From the NCBI GenBank assembly GCA_951406725.2, contig OX597817.1:39494001-39558000 (forward strand): a stretch of DNA of 64,000 nucleotides, written 5' to 3'. Positions 13,183 to 26,950 of the stretch are shown piece by piece. The translations under genes were made by a program, and so were the position numbers. This DNA comes from Octopus vulgaris. Taxonomy: Eukaryota. The notes below the pieces were generated by a model. It had not been told where the DNA came from. It was given only the letters and a program-made list of their open reading frames with translations, and ran no database searches. Positions within the stretch are counted from its first letter, which is position 1. Each line of letters opens with the position of its first letter.

Positions 13183-14039
13183 AGAGAGAGAGAGAGAGAC
13201 AGCTTGAATGATGCAGTCCTAGGTTCATGATCTGAAAATAAGATGGGATGTTCATGGCTGGAATAATTTGATTATACGCATGTTTGATTGGAGCTCACCT
13301 CAGGCTAAATAACAGGAAGAGCATTATTTATCAAATGAGTTAATAAATGTAGTGTAAAAATATATATTTAGTATTGCACTGGAAGTCAGCCTCTCAAATG
13401 GAGATTGTGTTGGAATGACAAGCACTGAGTGTGTCTAAAATTATGAATTTCTATAAATTTCTTTGGGGAATTGATGACAATAATGATTATGATGTATTAT
13501 GATGTATTCCCCCACCTCTCTCTCACATGCACACACACATATACATATAGATATGTATATTTATGTGTATGTATAACTGTATCATCATGTGTATGTATAC
13601 ACACACACACACACACACACACACATCATCATCATTATTATTATCATCATCATCATCATCATCATCGTTTAACATCCACTTTCCATGCTAGCATGGGTTG
13701 GTCGGTTCAACTGGGGTCTGGGAAGCCAGGAGGCTGCATCAGGCCCACTCTGATCTGGCAGTGTTTCTACAGCTGGATGCCCTTCCTAATGCCAACCACT
13801 CTGTGAGTGTAGTTAAGCACATATACTATATATATGCACATTATATATATATTCATATATATATATACATATATAGGCATTCCGCCGGGGTCGAATTGGC
13901 CTTTCATCCTTATGGTGTCGATAAATTAAGTACCAGTTATGCACTGGGGTCGATATAATCGACTTAATCCCTTTGTCTGTCCTTGTTTGTCCCCTCTATG
14001 TTTAGCCCCTTGTGGGCAGTAAAGAAATATATACATACA

Positions 14040-14765
14040 TAGGTATCAGATGTGGTGTGCAAGAGAGATGATTGCACTGGTATGGTCATGTGATGTGTAT
14101 GGATGAGGACAGCTGTGTGAAGTGTTGCAATCTAATGATGGAGGGAATTTGTGGAAGATGTAGACCCAGAAAGACATGGGACAAGGTGGTGAAGTGCAAT
14201 CTTTGAATGTTGGGCCTCATAGAGGCAATGACGAACAACCAAGACCTTTGGTTATATACCATGCTTGAGAAGACCTGTCAAATCAAGTGAGATCGTAGTC
14301 ATGGCCACTATCATGTAACTGGCACCCTTCAAACATTGGGTGATATGTTGTACTTGCGAAGACCCATTGAGCTAAGGGAAATCGTAGTTGTGGCTGATGC
14401 CAGTGCTGTCTGACTGGGACCTGTACCAGTGGCATGTAAAAAGCACCATTCGAGCATTGGGCCTCATGGAAGCAGTGACAGGTGACCAAAACCTTTGATA
14501 ATATACCATACTTGTGTAGCCCTGTCAAGCCATGTGAGACCATAGTTGTGGCTGATGCTGGTGTCAGATTAAAGCCATCCGTGCCGGTGGCACATAAAAA
14601 ATACCCACTAAACTTTTGGAGTAGTTGGCATTAGGCAGGGCATCCAGCCATAGAAACCTTGTGAAATTGGATGGGAACCTGGTGCAGCTCCCTGGCTTGC
14701 CATTTTTCAGTCAAACCATCCAACCCATGACAGCATGGAAAATGATGATGTTAAATGATAATGAT
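14040..14765 (+). mobile_element. RTE LINE 3' fragment (ORF end plus 3' UTR)
   Basis: Peptide LHWYGHVMCMDEDSCVK...EGICGRCRPRKTWDKVVK resembles the RTE motif LRWYGHVxR...GRGRPRKTW; it runs into the same tail as the (GAT)n elements. Confidence 0.75.
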
Positions 14766-16458
14766 ATATCTATCTCTATATATATGTATATATATATGTA
14801 TATATGTATATATATATATGTATATATATATGCATACACACACACTCAGCAGTCTGATCATTATGTCTGCTTTCTTTGCTAGCATGGGTTGGGAGGAACC
14901 CATCTCACATTTTATACATGTATATTTATATGTGTGTATGTGTGCCTGATATGTATACTGTCTGTATGAATACACATGCATATGCACTTACTCACATGCA
15001 CACACAAGCGTGTACATACTTGTTCAGAGCTGAAATCTCACGAATTTGTGAATTGCCACTCAGAGCTTTGTATTTTTGTTATTCAAGTGGTTGAGAATAA
15101 CTTCACTGAGGCTATATTTATAAGCAGAATACATATTTTACTCAGAAAACTAGTCAACACCACCATAATAAAATTTACACATGGTGCATTTGTATTTTTT
15201 TCTGTCTTTACTATAGTGACCTTTGTACCTCTTTATTTCATCATTATCATCATCATCATTTAACGTCCGCTTTCCATGCCAGCATGAGTTAGACGATTTG
15301 ACCGAGATCTGGTGAACCAAATGACTGCACCAGACTCCAAACTGATCTACAGCTGGATGCCCTTCCTAATGCCAACCACTCCGAGAGTGTTGTGGGTGCT
15401 TTTACGTGCCACTGGCACAAGAGCCAGTCAGGCGGTACTGGCAATGGCCATGCTCAAATGGTGCTTTTTATGTACCACCTGCACAGGAGCCAGTTCAGCG
15501 GCACTGGCAATGACCTTGCTCAAATGTTTTTTCACATGTCACCAGCACAAGTGCCAGTAAGGCGTTCAGGTAATAATCACTCTAAAATTTGTTCTCTATA
15601 TTCAACCACATGTATGAACGTGAGGGAATGAGCTAAAAAATATTAAAATATATTGGATAATTCTATACCTCAAGAGTTCACGCTCTGCAGAAAATTGCTT
15701 TGTGATCTTCTGTAGAATATGCCATCAATATATAAACGAGAATTATACGTTTTAGAGTGGATTGTAGGTATTTGACATCTACTTCTAGCATTCATGATAG
15801 TTATTGCCAGTAGCCCTTAACTATAATTATATTTTTATAATTATATACGTGTAATATATATATATATATACATACACACACACACACACACATGCACACA
15901 TATATTAATGTTTGTTTTTATGTATAGTTATGTATAAAAACAATCAAGTGTTAACTTTTTGTTTGAAATAATTGCTGCTGACTTTAATGTTTACCTTCAA
16001 CAGACTGTAACGTTTTTCTATTTTGCTAAACTTCCTACATATTTTGTAGATGGGGAATAGTCACCTCAAACTAGGTGTAGTTTAATAGTGTATTTCTGTG
16101 GTTTATAAAGAAATATTTCTATTGGGTTGTTTAATTGGGTGAACTGAAATAGGGAGTTGCTTTCACACTCATACGCACACATGCACATGCTTTCATATTA
16201 TCATCATCTAGTGCCCATTTTCCACACTGGCATGGGTTGGACAGTTTAACAAGAGCTGGCAAGCTGGAGGGCTGCACCAGGCTTCAGTTATGTTTTGTCA
16301 TGGTTTCTATGACTGGGTGCCCTTCCTAATGCCAACCAATTTACCAAGTGTACTTTGTGATTCTTATGCAGTGCCAGATGGGTGCTTTTTCATGTGGGGC
16401 TGGTATGGGTACTTTTCTACATGACACCAGCACAGGTACTTTTTAACATGGTACCAGT

Positions 16459-16761
16459 TGTTTGTTCCTTCTCGAACTATGCCTAGCTCATAAGGGCCGG
16501 TTTCCTAGTTTCCTTGGCATATAGGTTCCGCTCCTGGACAGGACCCTGGTCCGTCATAGGTGAGCTGCAAGATGCAGGAGGAAGGAGTGAGAGAAAGTTG
16601 TGGCGAAAGAGTCAGCAGAAGTTCGCCATTACCTTCTGCTGGAGCCGCATGGAGCTTAGGTGTTTCGTTTATAAACACAAACATCACCCTGTCTGAGATT
16701 CAAACCTGCAATCCCTCGACCGCGAATCCGCTGCACTAACCACTAGGCCATGTGCCTCCAC
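16459..16761 (-). mobile_element. tRNA-derived SINE family C (head GGAGGCACATGGCCTAGTGG) with 14-bp TSD
   Basis: A box TGGCCTAGTGG and B-box-like GGTTTGAATC on the minus strand; AACATGGTACCAGT is duplicated on both sides. Confidence 0.85.
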
Positions 16762-17249
16762 AACATGGTACCAGTGCCAGGTGTTTATTATTTGGCACCA
16801 GCATGGTTACTTTTTTATGTAGCGTCAGTACATGCATGTATCCACTGTACACATGTATGTGTTGCCAATGAGTTTGAAATCTTGTCTTTGGAATCTTGTG
16901 TAAGTACATGCAAGTATACAGACATTGTATGTATATGTGTCTAGATGTGAATGTGTCTGTATGAGAATGTATATTATTTAGCTACAGCGTACGAGTAAGA
17001 AGTGGTGTACTCTGGTGGCTAGTTAGTGTACAGGAGATAATAATTTTTGCATAATGCTTTGTGGAATTAGAACTTAGCATTTCAAATCACTGACCAAGAA
17101 AAGAGATACACAGAATATACATATATAATAATTTTTTTTTCTCCTACTCACTACAAAGATCTTGAAATTTCTTGTCGTTGGTAATCATGTGTAATGCCAT
17201 TTCATTCTTTAGTTCCTGTTTGTTGTTGCTGTTGCTGCTTGTTTGTTTG

Positions 17250-17615
17250 TTTGTTGAGCGAAGCAGTCTTCATCCCATTAGTGGGAGAAGTCCGAAACAT
17301 GGTCCTTTGCTATTCGTAAGACCCGCAGAAGAGAAAGCAGATCAACCCCCGACACCGAGAGCATCGACAGATGGATGAATGTGCATCCAGGCTCAGCGGT
17401 TGCGTAGGAAGTCGGGGACAAGAAACAGGAAGAAAGAGTGAGAGAAAGTTGTGGCGAAAGAGTACAACACTGGTCGCCACCACCCCCTGCCGGAGCCTTG
17501 TGGAGCTTTGGGTGTTTTTGCTCAGTAAATACACACAACACCCTGTCTGGGAATCAAAACCACGATCCTCTGACTACGAGTCTGCTGCCATAACCACTGG
17601 GCCATTGCGCCTCCC
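17250..17615 (-). mobile_element. Family-C-related SINE variant with a different 3' tail
   Basis: Shares gagtgagagaaagttgtggcgaaagagt and a tRNA-like head (ggaggcgcaatggcccagtgg on the minus strand). Confidence 0.7.
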
Positions 17616-18349
17616 CTTGCTGTTGCTGCTGTCATCATTACTGCTGTCATTATCCATCATTACTATTATTTTTATCAATTTTTAAAATCATTTTTATTGC
17701 TATTGATTTCATTGTTGTTACTACCATTGTTGAAAGCTTGTGGCCTACTGGTTAGGGTATTGCACTTATTCTCATGAGATTGTGGGTTGAATTCCTGAAA
17801 TAGGTGGTGTGTTGTGTTCTTGGGCAAAACACTTCATCTCATTGTCTTTCTCAGAACCAAGAGAATACCATTTGGTAAAAAACAAAAAAAAAAGTACAAT
17901 TGTCAGTACAAGTTTTTTTTCATTCTTGAGTGTTTCCACCATCGGAGCAGTATAGTATAGCATATATTTTTGCTCAGTGTGACTTACTCGAAAAATCGTT
18001 GACATGCTGGGGAAACTGCAGAGTATCAGGCCACTTCACTGAACTGATTTAAATAGATACCCCCCCCCCCACATACACATATCCACTGAGATGTACATTT
18101 ATGCCTATGCGATGTACAACCCACGCTGTCATGCAACTGTGTTCATTGAAGCGTCAATGACAAAAGTATATACGTACTCATGTTAGTCCTCTTGTTGCTA
18201 TCTGATATAATAAAACTAACATTTATTCACTTACATTTCTATTGCGTTTCATTTTATTTCAATAATTAGAGTAGCGACACAAATAGCTTTCCTGCTTTTT
18301 CAATTCATTAAAACTTAATAAAAAAAACTGAATTGTTATTCGTTTATTG

Positions 18350-18572
18350 TTTTATTTGTTTCAGTCATTTTGACTGCGGCCATGCTGGAGCACCGCCTTT
18401 AGTTGAGCAAATCGACCCCAGGACTTATTCTTTGTAAGCCTAGTACTTATTCTATCGGTTTCTTTTGCCAAACCGCTAAGTTACGGGGACGTAAACACAC
18501 CAGCATCAATGTCAAGCGATGTTTGGGGGACAAACAGGGGACAAACACAGATACATAAACATATACATACAT

Positions 18573-18630
<58 letters not shown>

Positions 18631-19027
18631 GGCTTGTTTCAGTTTCCATCTACCAAATCCACTCACAAGGCTTTGGTCAGCCCATGGCTATAGTAGAAGA
18701 CACTTGCCCAAGGTGCCACACAGTGGGACTGAACCTGGAACCATGTGGTTGGTAAGCAAGCTACTTACCACACAGCCATTCCTACACCTATAGAAAGGCA
18801 AATAGTAATAATCTTTTCTACTCTAGGCACAAGGCCCAAAATTTTGGAGGAGGGGTTCAATCGATTAGATCGACCCCAGTATGCAACTGGTACTTAATTT
18901 ATCGATCTCTGAAAGGATGAAAGGCAAAGTTGACCTTGGTGGAATTTGAACTCAGAACGTAAAGACAGACGAAATACCGCAAAGCATTTCGCCTGGCATG
19001 CTAACATTTCTGCCAACTCGCTGCCTT
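18350..19027 (-). mobile_element. Family-A SINE (18350-18790) followed by family-B SINE (18812-19027)
   Basis: Reverse complements of the family A and B consensus motifs, with an internal (TA)n in the family-A copy. Confidence 0.8.
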
Positions 19028-20482
19028 CAAATAGTAATAATAAATGCTTTTTCTCCTAGTTCATGGTAATACATTACTGTTTAGCTCCTTGTCAACCCTA
19101 ATTGAACTGACATGTGATCAAATTCATTCCAGCTATGGCCATCCCACCTTTTTCTTTTTCCAAATATGCTTCCTGTTGATGATGGAGAAATAAAAATATT
19201 ATTAGTCATGGACTAATATTTTCTTTTTCTCTCACCACATATTTATATCTTATTAGCATTTTAATGCTTGTTGCATTAAATGTGTTAACTCTATCTTAAC
19301 TGTTGTTTTTACATGTATCTGGTGTCCCTGGGTTATTCTTTAAACAGTTCTATTTTCCTGTGCCAACAAATATGTGCTCATGCACATTTAACTTAGAGAA
19401 TCATTTTACTTAGATTATGCTTTCCTAAGGAGGTCAGAATACTGAAACAAACCTGAAGTTATCTTCCTTATTGGGCAATTTGTTTTATTGCTACTGTAGT
19501 GACTTTTGTACTTCTGAACAAAGTAACTGTTTCTCTCAGGGCATCCAGCTGTACAAACTTTGCCAGATCAGACTGGTACAGCTTTCTGGCTTGCCAGCCC
19601 TCAGTCAAACCGTCCAACCCATGCCAGCATGGAAAGCGGACATTAAACGATGATAATGATGAGGAGGATGATGATTCACTTGACATATCCATTTCTACCT
19701 CTACCCCCGCTTTTTTCACCCATACTGATAACTTTGTCTAATTTTTCTTTCCTAGAACAGATTATGTCCTCACCCATATTTTAAGTGCAGACTACAACAT
19801 AGAAAAGGAACAGAAATTGATGTAATTAACATTCAAACTGAATGTTAATTATATTAATCTCACCAAACTGGGAAAACCTGAAAGTGATGAATCCTGTTTG
19901 ACTTTTTCTCATCATCATCACTGTCATCATCATCATTGTCATCATCATCATTTTGCATCTGTTTTCCTTGCAAGCATAGATTGGATGGTTAGACAGGATC
20001 TAATGAGATGCAGGTCTGTGTTGAGTTTCAATGTCAACATGGTTTCTTTGGCTGAATGCCCTTCCTAATCACCAAAGCACTTTCCATTGTGTAATGGTGA
20101 TTTTTTTTTGTTTTCTTTTTTGTCATGTCACTAAGTAACTTGCAAAACGAGAAAAGAAAGGGGAAAATCTCCTTCGATTGTGTAACATATTACAAAATGC
20201 AATATTGCTTTCTTAGCATGAACTTGATAAAAAAATATTGCTATATTTCTGGTGAAATAAGACTGAGAGAAAGTCTTTGCCAAAAACAAGAAGCATTGAG
20301 AAAGTTTAGAGCTGATTAATATTGAGGGATGTATTTCAAAAGAAATGCTTTCTTCTCACAGTTCCGCTTTCTATTATCAATTAAAACCAAACATTATTTC
20401 CATGGAACTCATGTAGGAGCCAATATCCTTATTTTGGGAGGGTCAATGAAGCTGGCTTGTGAATATATTAGTTGATATGGAC

Positions 20483-20530
<48 letters not shown>

Positions 20531-21221
20531 TGAAATTGAACCAATCCTATGACTGGCACCCGGCAGATGCCAGGACCCCTGGACTGGAGATACGTAAAAA
20601 GCACTATCCGAATCGTGGCCGATGCCAGCGCCGCCTCGACTGGCTTCCGTGTCGGTGGCATGTAAAAAGCACCATCCGAATCGTGGCCAAAGCCAGTGCC
20701 GCCTCGACTGGCTTCCGTGCAGGTGGCACGTAAAATGCACCAATCTGACCGTGGCCGATGCCAGCCTTGCCTGGCACCAGTGCAGGTGGCACGTAAAAAG
20801 CACCCACTACACTCACGGAATGGTTGGCGTTAGGAAGGGCATCCAGCTGTAGAAACATTGCCAGATAAGACCGGAGCCTGGTGCAGCCTTCTGGCTTCCC
20901 AGATCCCCGGTCGAACCATCCAACCCATGCTAGCATGGAGAACGGACATTAAACGATGATGATGATATATATTATTGGAGTAAAACATTTTGAACTTGGC
21001 CGTTTTGTAATAGTGTTACCTGTTGTCAGCAAAACAGACTGAGACAAAGATATGTATCTTATCTCAAAGTATAACAATATTGAGAGTAAGGGTTCAAATT
21101 GTAAGCATTTATTTAATAATCCACGATATTTTAAATTAAGATATTATATATTGTTCATGAAATGGTTTTGTTTCACAACTCTCACCTTTCTTCCTCTTCT
21201 GTTACCGCTACCTCTTCTCAG

Positions 21222-21270
<49 letters not shown>

Positions 21271-21271
<1 letters not shown>

Positions 21272-21660
21272 GGCATAGGAGTGGCTGTGTGGTAAGTAGC
21301 TTGCTTACCAACCTCATGGTTCCAGGTTCAGTCCCATTGCATGGCACCTTGGGCAAGTGTCTTCTACTATAGCCTCAGGCTGACCAAAGCCTTGTGAGTG
21401 GATTTGGTAGACAGAAACTGAAAGAAGCCTGTCATGTGTATATATATATATATATATATATTTGTTTATGTGTCTGTGTTTGTCCCCCCAACATTGCTTG
21501 ACAACTGATGCTGTAGTGTTTACGTCCTCGTAACTTAGTGGTTCAGCAAAAGAGACCGATAGAATAAGTACTAGGCTTACAAAGAATAAGTCCTGGGGTC
21601 GATTTGCTCGACTAAAGGTGGTACTCCAGCATGGCCACAGTCAAATGACTGAAGCAAAAT
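21271..21660 (+). mobile_element. Full-length family-A SINE
   Basis: ggcataggagtggctgtgtggtaagtagc...(TA)n...gactgaagcaaaat. Confidence 0.85.
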
Positions 21661-22127
21661 AAAAAATATATATATATATGAGAGGTGTTGGTATCCAGAA
21701 GACCCAAGGTGGCAGGTAATGCTATGTAAGTTCTGTGGGAGGACCATAGTTAAACTCTCTGTTCGATAATGATACAAGTGAGGAGTCTAATGCAGGTCTT
21801 GTATGAGCATGTATATGTTAAATAAAATGAGACAACAGCGAGACTAACTCACTCTTTATAAATGTCCTGAACATTTCACACAGCCTTGGTCTTATTGTCT
21901 CATTTTATTTAATATATATATATATATATAAGGAGTAAAGGCCTAAATCCTTCAATGTGATGTTAAACATCCAAGAAGACCACCGGTTCAATCCAAAGCA
22001 AAGAATATATAAAAATCTATATATTCAATATTGGTATAATAAATAAATAAAGTATAGGCATAGGAGTGGCTGTGTGGTAAGTAGCTTGCTTACAAACCAC
22101 ATGGTTTGTAAGCAAGTAAAAGAGTAA

Positions 22128-22168
<41 letters not shown>

Positions 22169-22254
22169 TATATATATACACATATACATATATATATACA
22201 CACACACACATACAGAGAGAGGGAGGGAGAAGAATAAGATTTCATTAATATCTT

Positions 22255-22405
22255 TCATTAGTTTACCAGCTGTTTCTGTAATGAGAAGCTTTTTTTTTTG
22301 AGCTGAGTGCTTGGGCAACATCTTATAGCTTTCCCAGAGTTCACTGCATGAGTCCTCAGCTCAGAGTGCAATGCTTCTTATCAAAGAAACAGCTGTAAGC
22401 TAATG
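22255..22405. ncRNA. Fold-back element carrying degenerate hammerhead 3' cores (GAAACAGCTGTA) on both strands
   Basis: cattagtttaccagctgtttc...gagaagc and gcttctta...gaaacagctgtaagctaatg are imperfect inverted repeats; same family as 28322-28404. The CUGANGA box is degraded. Confidence 0.4.
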
Positions 22406-23227
22406 GTAGTGAATATGCAATTCCTATTCTTTTGTTGTTCTTTGATTGACATTACACTCTCTATTCACCTGATGCTTTACTCTAAAGCATAGACTGGTTC
22501 TTAGCATCTCTATGCCTCAGTGAATTTGTATGTATGTAATGTATGTATGCATGTAATATATGTAATGTATGTATGTATGTATGTATGTATGTATGTATGT
22601 ATGTATGTATGTGTGTGTGTATGTAAAAATACAAAATGGGACAAGAACACAAAACATCTGGACAACTAGGTGATACAAAAAGGGACAACAAAACATCCAG
22701 ATAGACGATACAAACAAAACAAGGACGGGTCATTTGAAGCTTTCTTTCTTCAGTCAAGCACCAGATTATCCTCGCAATTTTGCTGATTATTTTATATATA
22801 TATATATAGTGGTGTATGTACACTTTGTTCTCTTATATGTATGTATGTGTGTGTGTGTGCGTGCATGCGTGCGTCTATATAAAATTCTATAATTTGTATT
22901 CCAGTTGAGCTAAAGTCTTCTAGGAAATTAATAGATCTTATTGAATGAAATGTATCACTAACAAACCCAAACCAAGTCTTCAACAATGTAAACTCTGCTG
23001 CTTGTGTTCACTAAATTACTAGGAAATAAGCAGTTTTGATGGTTTGATTGCCAGATAAAAATTTTTGGTGATTCATGCCATGTGTTATATAAAAACAGCA
23101 AAACGAATACAGAAATTCATGAAAGTGATGGAAAATGAAAATTAAACTTTTTAATATCCTGTTTGATGCATTACAGCAGATATCTGGCATTTCACTTGCA
23201 GACTCATAAATTCCATACCCTGTAGTC

Positions 23228-23335
23228 CTTTTTTAGAATCTAGGTTTTCTCAGAATATCTGCTTTCTCAGAAAGCATGTTTTCTCAGAATTAATGATTCT
23301 TTAGAACCCATGTTTCCTTAGAACCAATGTTCTTT
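23228..23335. repeat. ~17-bp tandem repeat (about 6 units, consensus near ATGTTTTCTCAGAA)
   Basis: Units visible directly: ggttttctcagaat, gctttctcagaaa, tgttttctcagaat, tgattctttagaac, tgtttccttagaac. Confidence 0.7.
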
Positions 23336-24769
23336 AATTACTTCTTTGATAGTTTATAACAGATACAAATATATTAGTTATCTGTTTCAGCTGATTGACA
23401 TTCACATATGTATTATATAAATGAGAACATTTTTTGAACCAGCCCATCCAAAGTACCTTGGATTGCAGAACGACCTGCTGTGCTTACCTTGGATCATAGG
23501 ATGACCTGCTGTGCTTGATGAGACCTATTGAGTCAAGTACATCAACATCAAAATAAATACCAAATGAAAATTGTTTTTGTGATACCTGTGCCGGTGGCAC
23601 GTAAAAAGTACCATCCAAATGTGGCCGATGCCAGCGCCGCCTTGACTGGCTCTGTACCAGTGGCACATAAAAAGCACCAACTAATCGTGGCTGCTGCCAG
23701 CCTCCCCTGGCACCTGTGCAGGTGGCACGTAAAAAGCACCCACTACACTCACGGAGTAGTTGGCATTAGGAAGGGCATTCAGCTGTAGAAACACTGCCAG
23801 ATCAGACTGGAGCCTGGTGCAGCCTCCTGGCTTCCCAGACTCCAGTCGAACCATCCAACCCATGCTAGCATGGAAAATGGTCGTTAAACAATGATGATGA
23901 TGATGATGACGATGACGACGATGCATGAGCTGCAGAAATGCAAACTGCTCAAATGATTAATAGTAAAAGATTCTATTTAATTTGGAGGGCGTGGGTTAGG
24001 TCTTCATTGAATGGACTAATGAAATATATGCTCACAGTACTCCATGTGTAACTCAAGATAGCAGTAAATCTCTCCTATTCATTACCATGCAGCTCATGTA
24101 GGGATGTCATTAAACAGACTTGCTAATGTTTATGACCCTCGTCCACTCTTCTCTCCCATCTATTTACGCTGCCAATTACTCTGTTCCATTTTATGTTTCT
24201 GTTAAGCCTTCTCTTAAAAATAGATACAAATAAAATTTTGTGTGTATATGAGAGAGAGAGAGAAAGAGAGACATATGGTTATGATGTTCAATGGTATAAC
24301 ATATACAGTTATGATTTTGATGCCTGTGAAGACCTAATATAATCTAAACTACACACCACAAATTAAGTCATTCTATTGGCTGAATTCAGTCTTTGCTGGC
24401 CAATTAAATATTTCTAATTAGCTTTAAATTTTTAATGCTCTCTGTATTATGTTAATGATAATTATTAGATTACGTTTTGAACCATGAATACATTAATTTT
24501 TGATGAATCAGTAATTAACATAAACGAACAATGGTTACTATAACTGAGATACAATAATTTAGGTTGAAATTTAAAAGAGTTTGTCGTTATTGTTGCAGTC
24601 TCTGTCGTTAATGTCTATTAACTCTGTCTTTTATGTTGGGAAGAGTCAAATGGTTTGATAAGAGCTGATTGGATCAGAGGACTCCATTCTGCTCCAATGT
24701 CTGCTCATCCAAGGTTGCTACAACTGAATGTTCTCCTTAACGAATGCCAACTACTTAACAGAATGTATA

Positions 24770-26375
24770 CAAGGTGGCATCAAAAGATTCCTGGACTAGT
24801 TATGTTTCATAAAAAACAACTTATTTACCTAAGTTTTAACACCATCTTCAAAACAGTCGCATTGTCCAGCTATACACTGGTGCCAGCATTCCTGCCACTT
24901 TTGGAATCCAACTCTTTTACTTGTTTCAGTCATTTGACTGTGGCCATGCTGGAGCACCACCTTAAGTCGAAAAAATCAACCCCAGGACTTATTCTTTGTA
25001 AGCCGAGTACTTATTCTATCGGTCTCTTTTGCTGAATTTACGGGGACGTAAACACACCAGAATCGGTTGTCAAGTGATGTTGGGGGACAAACACAAACAC
25101 ACACACACACACACAATGGGCTTCCTTCAGTTTCCAACTACCAAATCCACTCACAAGGCTTTGGTCAGCCTGAGGCTATAGTAGAAGACATTTGCCCAAG
25201 GTGCCACACAGTGGGACTGAACCTAGAACCATGTGGTTGGTAAGCAAGCTACTTACCACACAGCCACACCTGCGCCAATGGCAGTCATTTTCCTGGAAGT
25301 CATTTTCCATAAGTGAACCGAAGACCTTCTGCAATTCACTCTGGATCTCAACAATGGTGTTAAAACGGTGACCTTTGAGCTGCGTTTTCATCTTGGGAAA
25401 GTGATGGAGGTCCACAGGCACTAAATCTGGTGAATATGGTGGGTGTGGAAGCAATACCATACTGTTTTTGGTGAGAAACTCACAAATGAGGAGAACTCAG
25501 TGACAGAGTGCATTGTCACCATGAAGAATCGAAGCCTTCACACTTCACAGATCTGGTCACTTTCATTGACTGTCCTCCCCTAAATCCTTCAAAATGTCAC
25601 AGTTTGTTCCTTCACAAGCCATTCCTGGATCATAAGGGCCGGTTTCCCGGTTTTCTTGGCGTATAGGTTCCCCACTTGGATGGGATGCTGGTCCGTCGCA
25701 GGTGAGCTGCTAGATGCAGGAGGAAAGAGTGAGAGAAAGTTGTGGCGAAAGAGTCAGCAGAAGTTTGCCATTACCTTCTGCTGGAGCTGCATGGAGCTTA
25801 GGTGTTTTGCTCATAAACACCCACATCGCCCAGTCTGAAATTCGAATCCGCGATTCCTTGACCGCGAGTCCTCTGCTGTAACCACTAGGCCATGTGTCTC
25901 CGAAATGTCACAGTAGAACTCTCAAGTGAAAGTCTGGCCCTGGGGAATGAATTCATGATACATAGTACCATGCTTTTGGGGTTGATGCTTCTGGCAGGCC
26001 TACCAAATCACTCATTGTCTGCCAGAGATGTTCTTCTGCTTTTGAAGTGTCTGTGCCACTCAAAACATTGTGTATGACCCACTGCCTCATCACTGTAAGC
26101 TTACCAAAGCATGCTCAATGTCTCTGTAGCAGACTTCCCAAGTTTAATGCAAAATTTCATGTTGGCTCTTTGTTCCCGCCCATGACAAAATCGCAGACTA
26201 CAGCATACATGTGTTTCACAAAAACACAAATTTCACAACTTGTGAAGTAAACACAGTGATGTCACCTGACACACTGCTTCATGAAGGTCACTGCTACCTC
26301 TCACTGCACACACAACTGTGTGCTGCCATCTGTTGGCATGCTACATAACAAGTCCAGGAACTTTTTGATATCATG
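24770..26375 (-). mobile_element. Internally deleted mariner (DD34D-type) transposon with two nested SINEs
   Basis: Imperfect TIRs ta|caaggtggcatcaaaagattcctggact and agtccaggaactttttgatatcatg|ta. N-terminal EQRANMKFCIKLGKSATETLSML...FEWHRHFK and C-terminal HPPYSPDLVPVDLHHFPKMKTQLKGHRF. SINEs at ~24910-25275 and ~25603-25900 (TSD AAATGTCACAGT). Confidence 0.85.
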
Positions 26376-26877
26376 TATGGTGTTATTTTTCATGGCACCA
26401 GCTCTAGTGAAGCCACTATGCAGTTCACATAACTACAATTAATAATTTTTAAAGTTAATCTGCAATAACATAAGATTCTGGATGCAGATCTTCTTTTGTC
26501 TAGAATCTTACAAACTATGTCCCCTCTAATATTTTGCCATGAACTTGTACAGAAATTTTGTACTCATTTTGAATTTCTTTGCAAAGTTTATGCGTATCTA
26601 TGCAAATAACCATTTCATTTTGAAAGCCTGTGTATGGACATTTTCCCTCTCCTAAATGTAAAATGTTTGTTTACACACAAATGCACAGCTTAGAGGGAAA
26701 ATGGCTTACAAGAGTTTTGTATGTACCTGTTCTTTCTATTAGATTAAACAGAAATTATGCATAGGTGGGTAGTTATACGTTTCTACAAGTAATAACCAGA
26801 ATGTGTGTGTGTATTTGTGTTCAGTAAACTTGTTTTGATAAAATATATATCAGAATTTTTGTGTGAAGATGCATAAA

Positions 26878-26948
<71 letters not shown>

Positions 26949-26950
<2 letters not shown>

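Noticed and set aside
19755-19850. Possible upstream exon after tttttctttcctag
   Set aside because: No recognisable protein similarity and no convincing phase-1 donor to join exon A.
20590-20810. Regularly spaced GGTGGCACGTAAAAAGCACC repeats resembling a CRISPR array
   Set aside because: The spacers are mutually similar, the context is a eukaryotic RTE tail, and there are no cas genes.
22725-22760. Minus-strand CTGAAGA followed by a short stem
   Set aside because: No GAAA box or stem I partner is recognisable.
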